A program made the position numbers and the translations under genes. Of a stretch of DNA of 64,000 nt, positions 63,120 through 64,000 are shown piece by piece. The notes below the pieces were generated by a model. It saw only the letters and a program-made list of their open reading frames with translations, had not been told where the DNA came from and did not search any database. Source of the DNA: Rhizodiscina lignyota (Eukaryota); the NCBI GenBank assembly GCA_010015805.1, contig ML978123.1, positions 1,736,001 to 1,800,000 on the forward strand, written 5' to 3'. Within the stretch, counting starts at the first letter, position 1, and each line of letters starts with the position of its first letter.

Positions 63120-64000
63120 ATGGCTCCGCGAGTATTCCTTATCACCGGCACATCCACTGGCTTTGGCAGTGAGCTCGTCAAGACTGTGCTCTTCAATGGC
63201 GATGTGGTCGTCGCCACCGCACGCAACTCCTCGAAACTCGATTTCTCCTCGCATGGCGCAAACTCGCACACGTTCCTTTCAGTCGATCTCGATGTCACAT
63301 CCAAAGGATCTATTAACGCAGCGTTTGATGCCGCGCTCGAAAAGTTTGGCCGCGTGGATGTCGTGGTCAACAACGCCGGATACGGACTGGCTGGCGAATT
63401 TGAGAGCTTGAGCGAACGGCAGATCAGGACGCAAATGGAGGTTAATTTCTTTGGCCTGATTGATGTCACGAGAAAGGCTTGTGAGGTCATGCGGAACCAG
63501 AAGCCGCAAGGGGGAGTGATACAGCAAATCACGAGCATAGGAGGACAGGTAGGTGTACCGACTTTTACAATTTGTAAGTACACAGTTCTGAGGCCGCAGG
63601 CGACTTCCCAGGTGGGTTGCACTTTGATCAAACATGCTGACGATAGCGCAGATTGTGCATCCAAGTGGGCAGTAGAAGGCTTCACGGAGGCCCTTCAGCA
63701 GGAACTCAAGCCCGAATGGAACATCCACCTTACATGCATCGAGCCAGGCGGATTCAGGACCGACTGGGCCGGTCGCTCCATGGACTTTGCAGAGAACAAG
63801 AACCCAGCATATGATCACATTGATGCAAGAGCGGCGATGGGAAAGAGACACATGCAACAAGCCGGTGATCCGCCAAAGGCAGCGGAGGCCTTCTACAAGC
63901 TCGCTACCATGAAGGACCCGCCGATTAGATGCATTCTTGGCTCGGACGCTTACAGTAAAATCAACCAGAAGCTACAGGATTATAAGGTGAATATAGAAAG
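63120..64000 (+). CDS. Short-chain dehydrogenase/reductase (runs off window end)
   Basis: MAPRVFLITGTSTGFG, LDVT, VVVNNAGYG, EVNFFG, ITSIGG, YCASKWAVEGF, IEPGGFRTDW. Confidence 0.92.
   Translation, partial: MAPRVFLITGTSTGFGSELVKTVLFNGDVVVATARNSSKLDFSSHGANSHTFLSVDLDVTSKGSINAAFDAALEKFGRVDVVVNNAGYGLAGEFESLSERQIRTQMEVNFFGLIDVTRKACEVMRNQKPQGGVIQQITSIGGQVGVPTFTICKYTVLRPQATSQVGCTLIKHADDSADCASKWAVEGFTEALQQELKPEWNIHLTCIEPGGFRTDWAGRSMDFAENKNPAYDHIDARAAMGKRHMQQAGDPPKAAEAFYKLATMKDPPIRCILGSDAYSKINQKLQDYKVNIE

Noticed and set aside
63104..63860. Two 193-aa minus-strand ORFs
   Set aside because: Antisense shadows of the plus-strand SDR.

Overview
Intron-rich, gene-dense genomic DNA from a filamentous ascomycete (Pezizomycotina), with about 27 protein-coding loci. 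I recognised no rRNA, tRNA, CRISPR array or intact transposon. The left half (1-33 kb) looks accessory and plant-interaction or detoxification oriented. It carries a loosenin-like secreted protein, two tandem 'Zn2Cys6 TF / divergent oxidoreductase' modules with repeated CGGCCG palindromes in their promoters, a CSN12/PCID2-like gene with an RG-rich extension, an FMO, a P450, an acetoin reductase-type SDR, a TF-MFS pair, a decayed orphan gene, and a proteobacterial-type ACC deaminase (acdS). The acdS gene has acquired an intron and an obligatory mitochondrial-type presequence. The right half is mostly a conserved core block (HOG1, class III G-alpha, TF, CUL1, cupin, MCH1-like MFS, TMS1, MED21, RRG7), followed by a RIP-like 5x110-bp tandem array, a TF, a secreted glycoside hydrolase-like gene and an SDR cut off by the window end. 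Gene spans include introns. Family calls come from motif recognition by eye, not from database searches.
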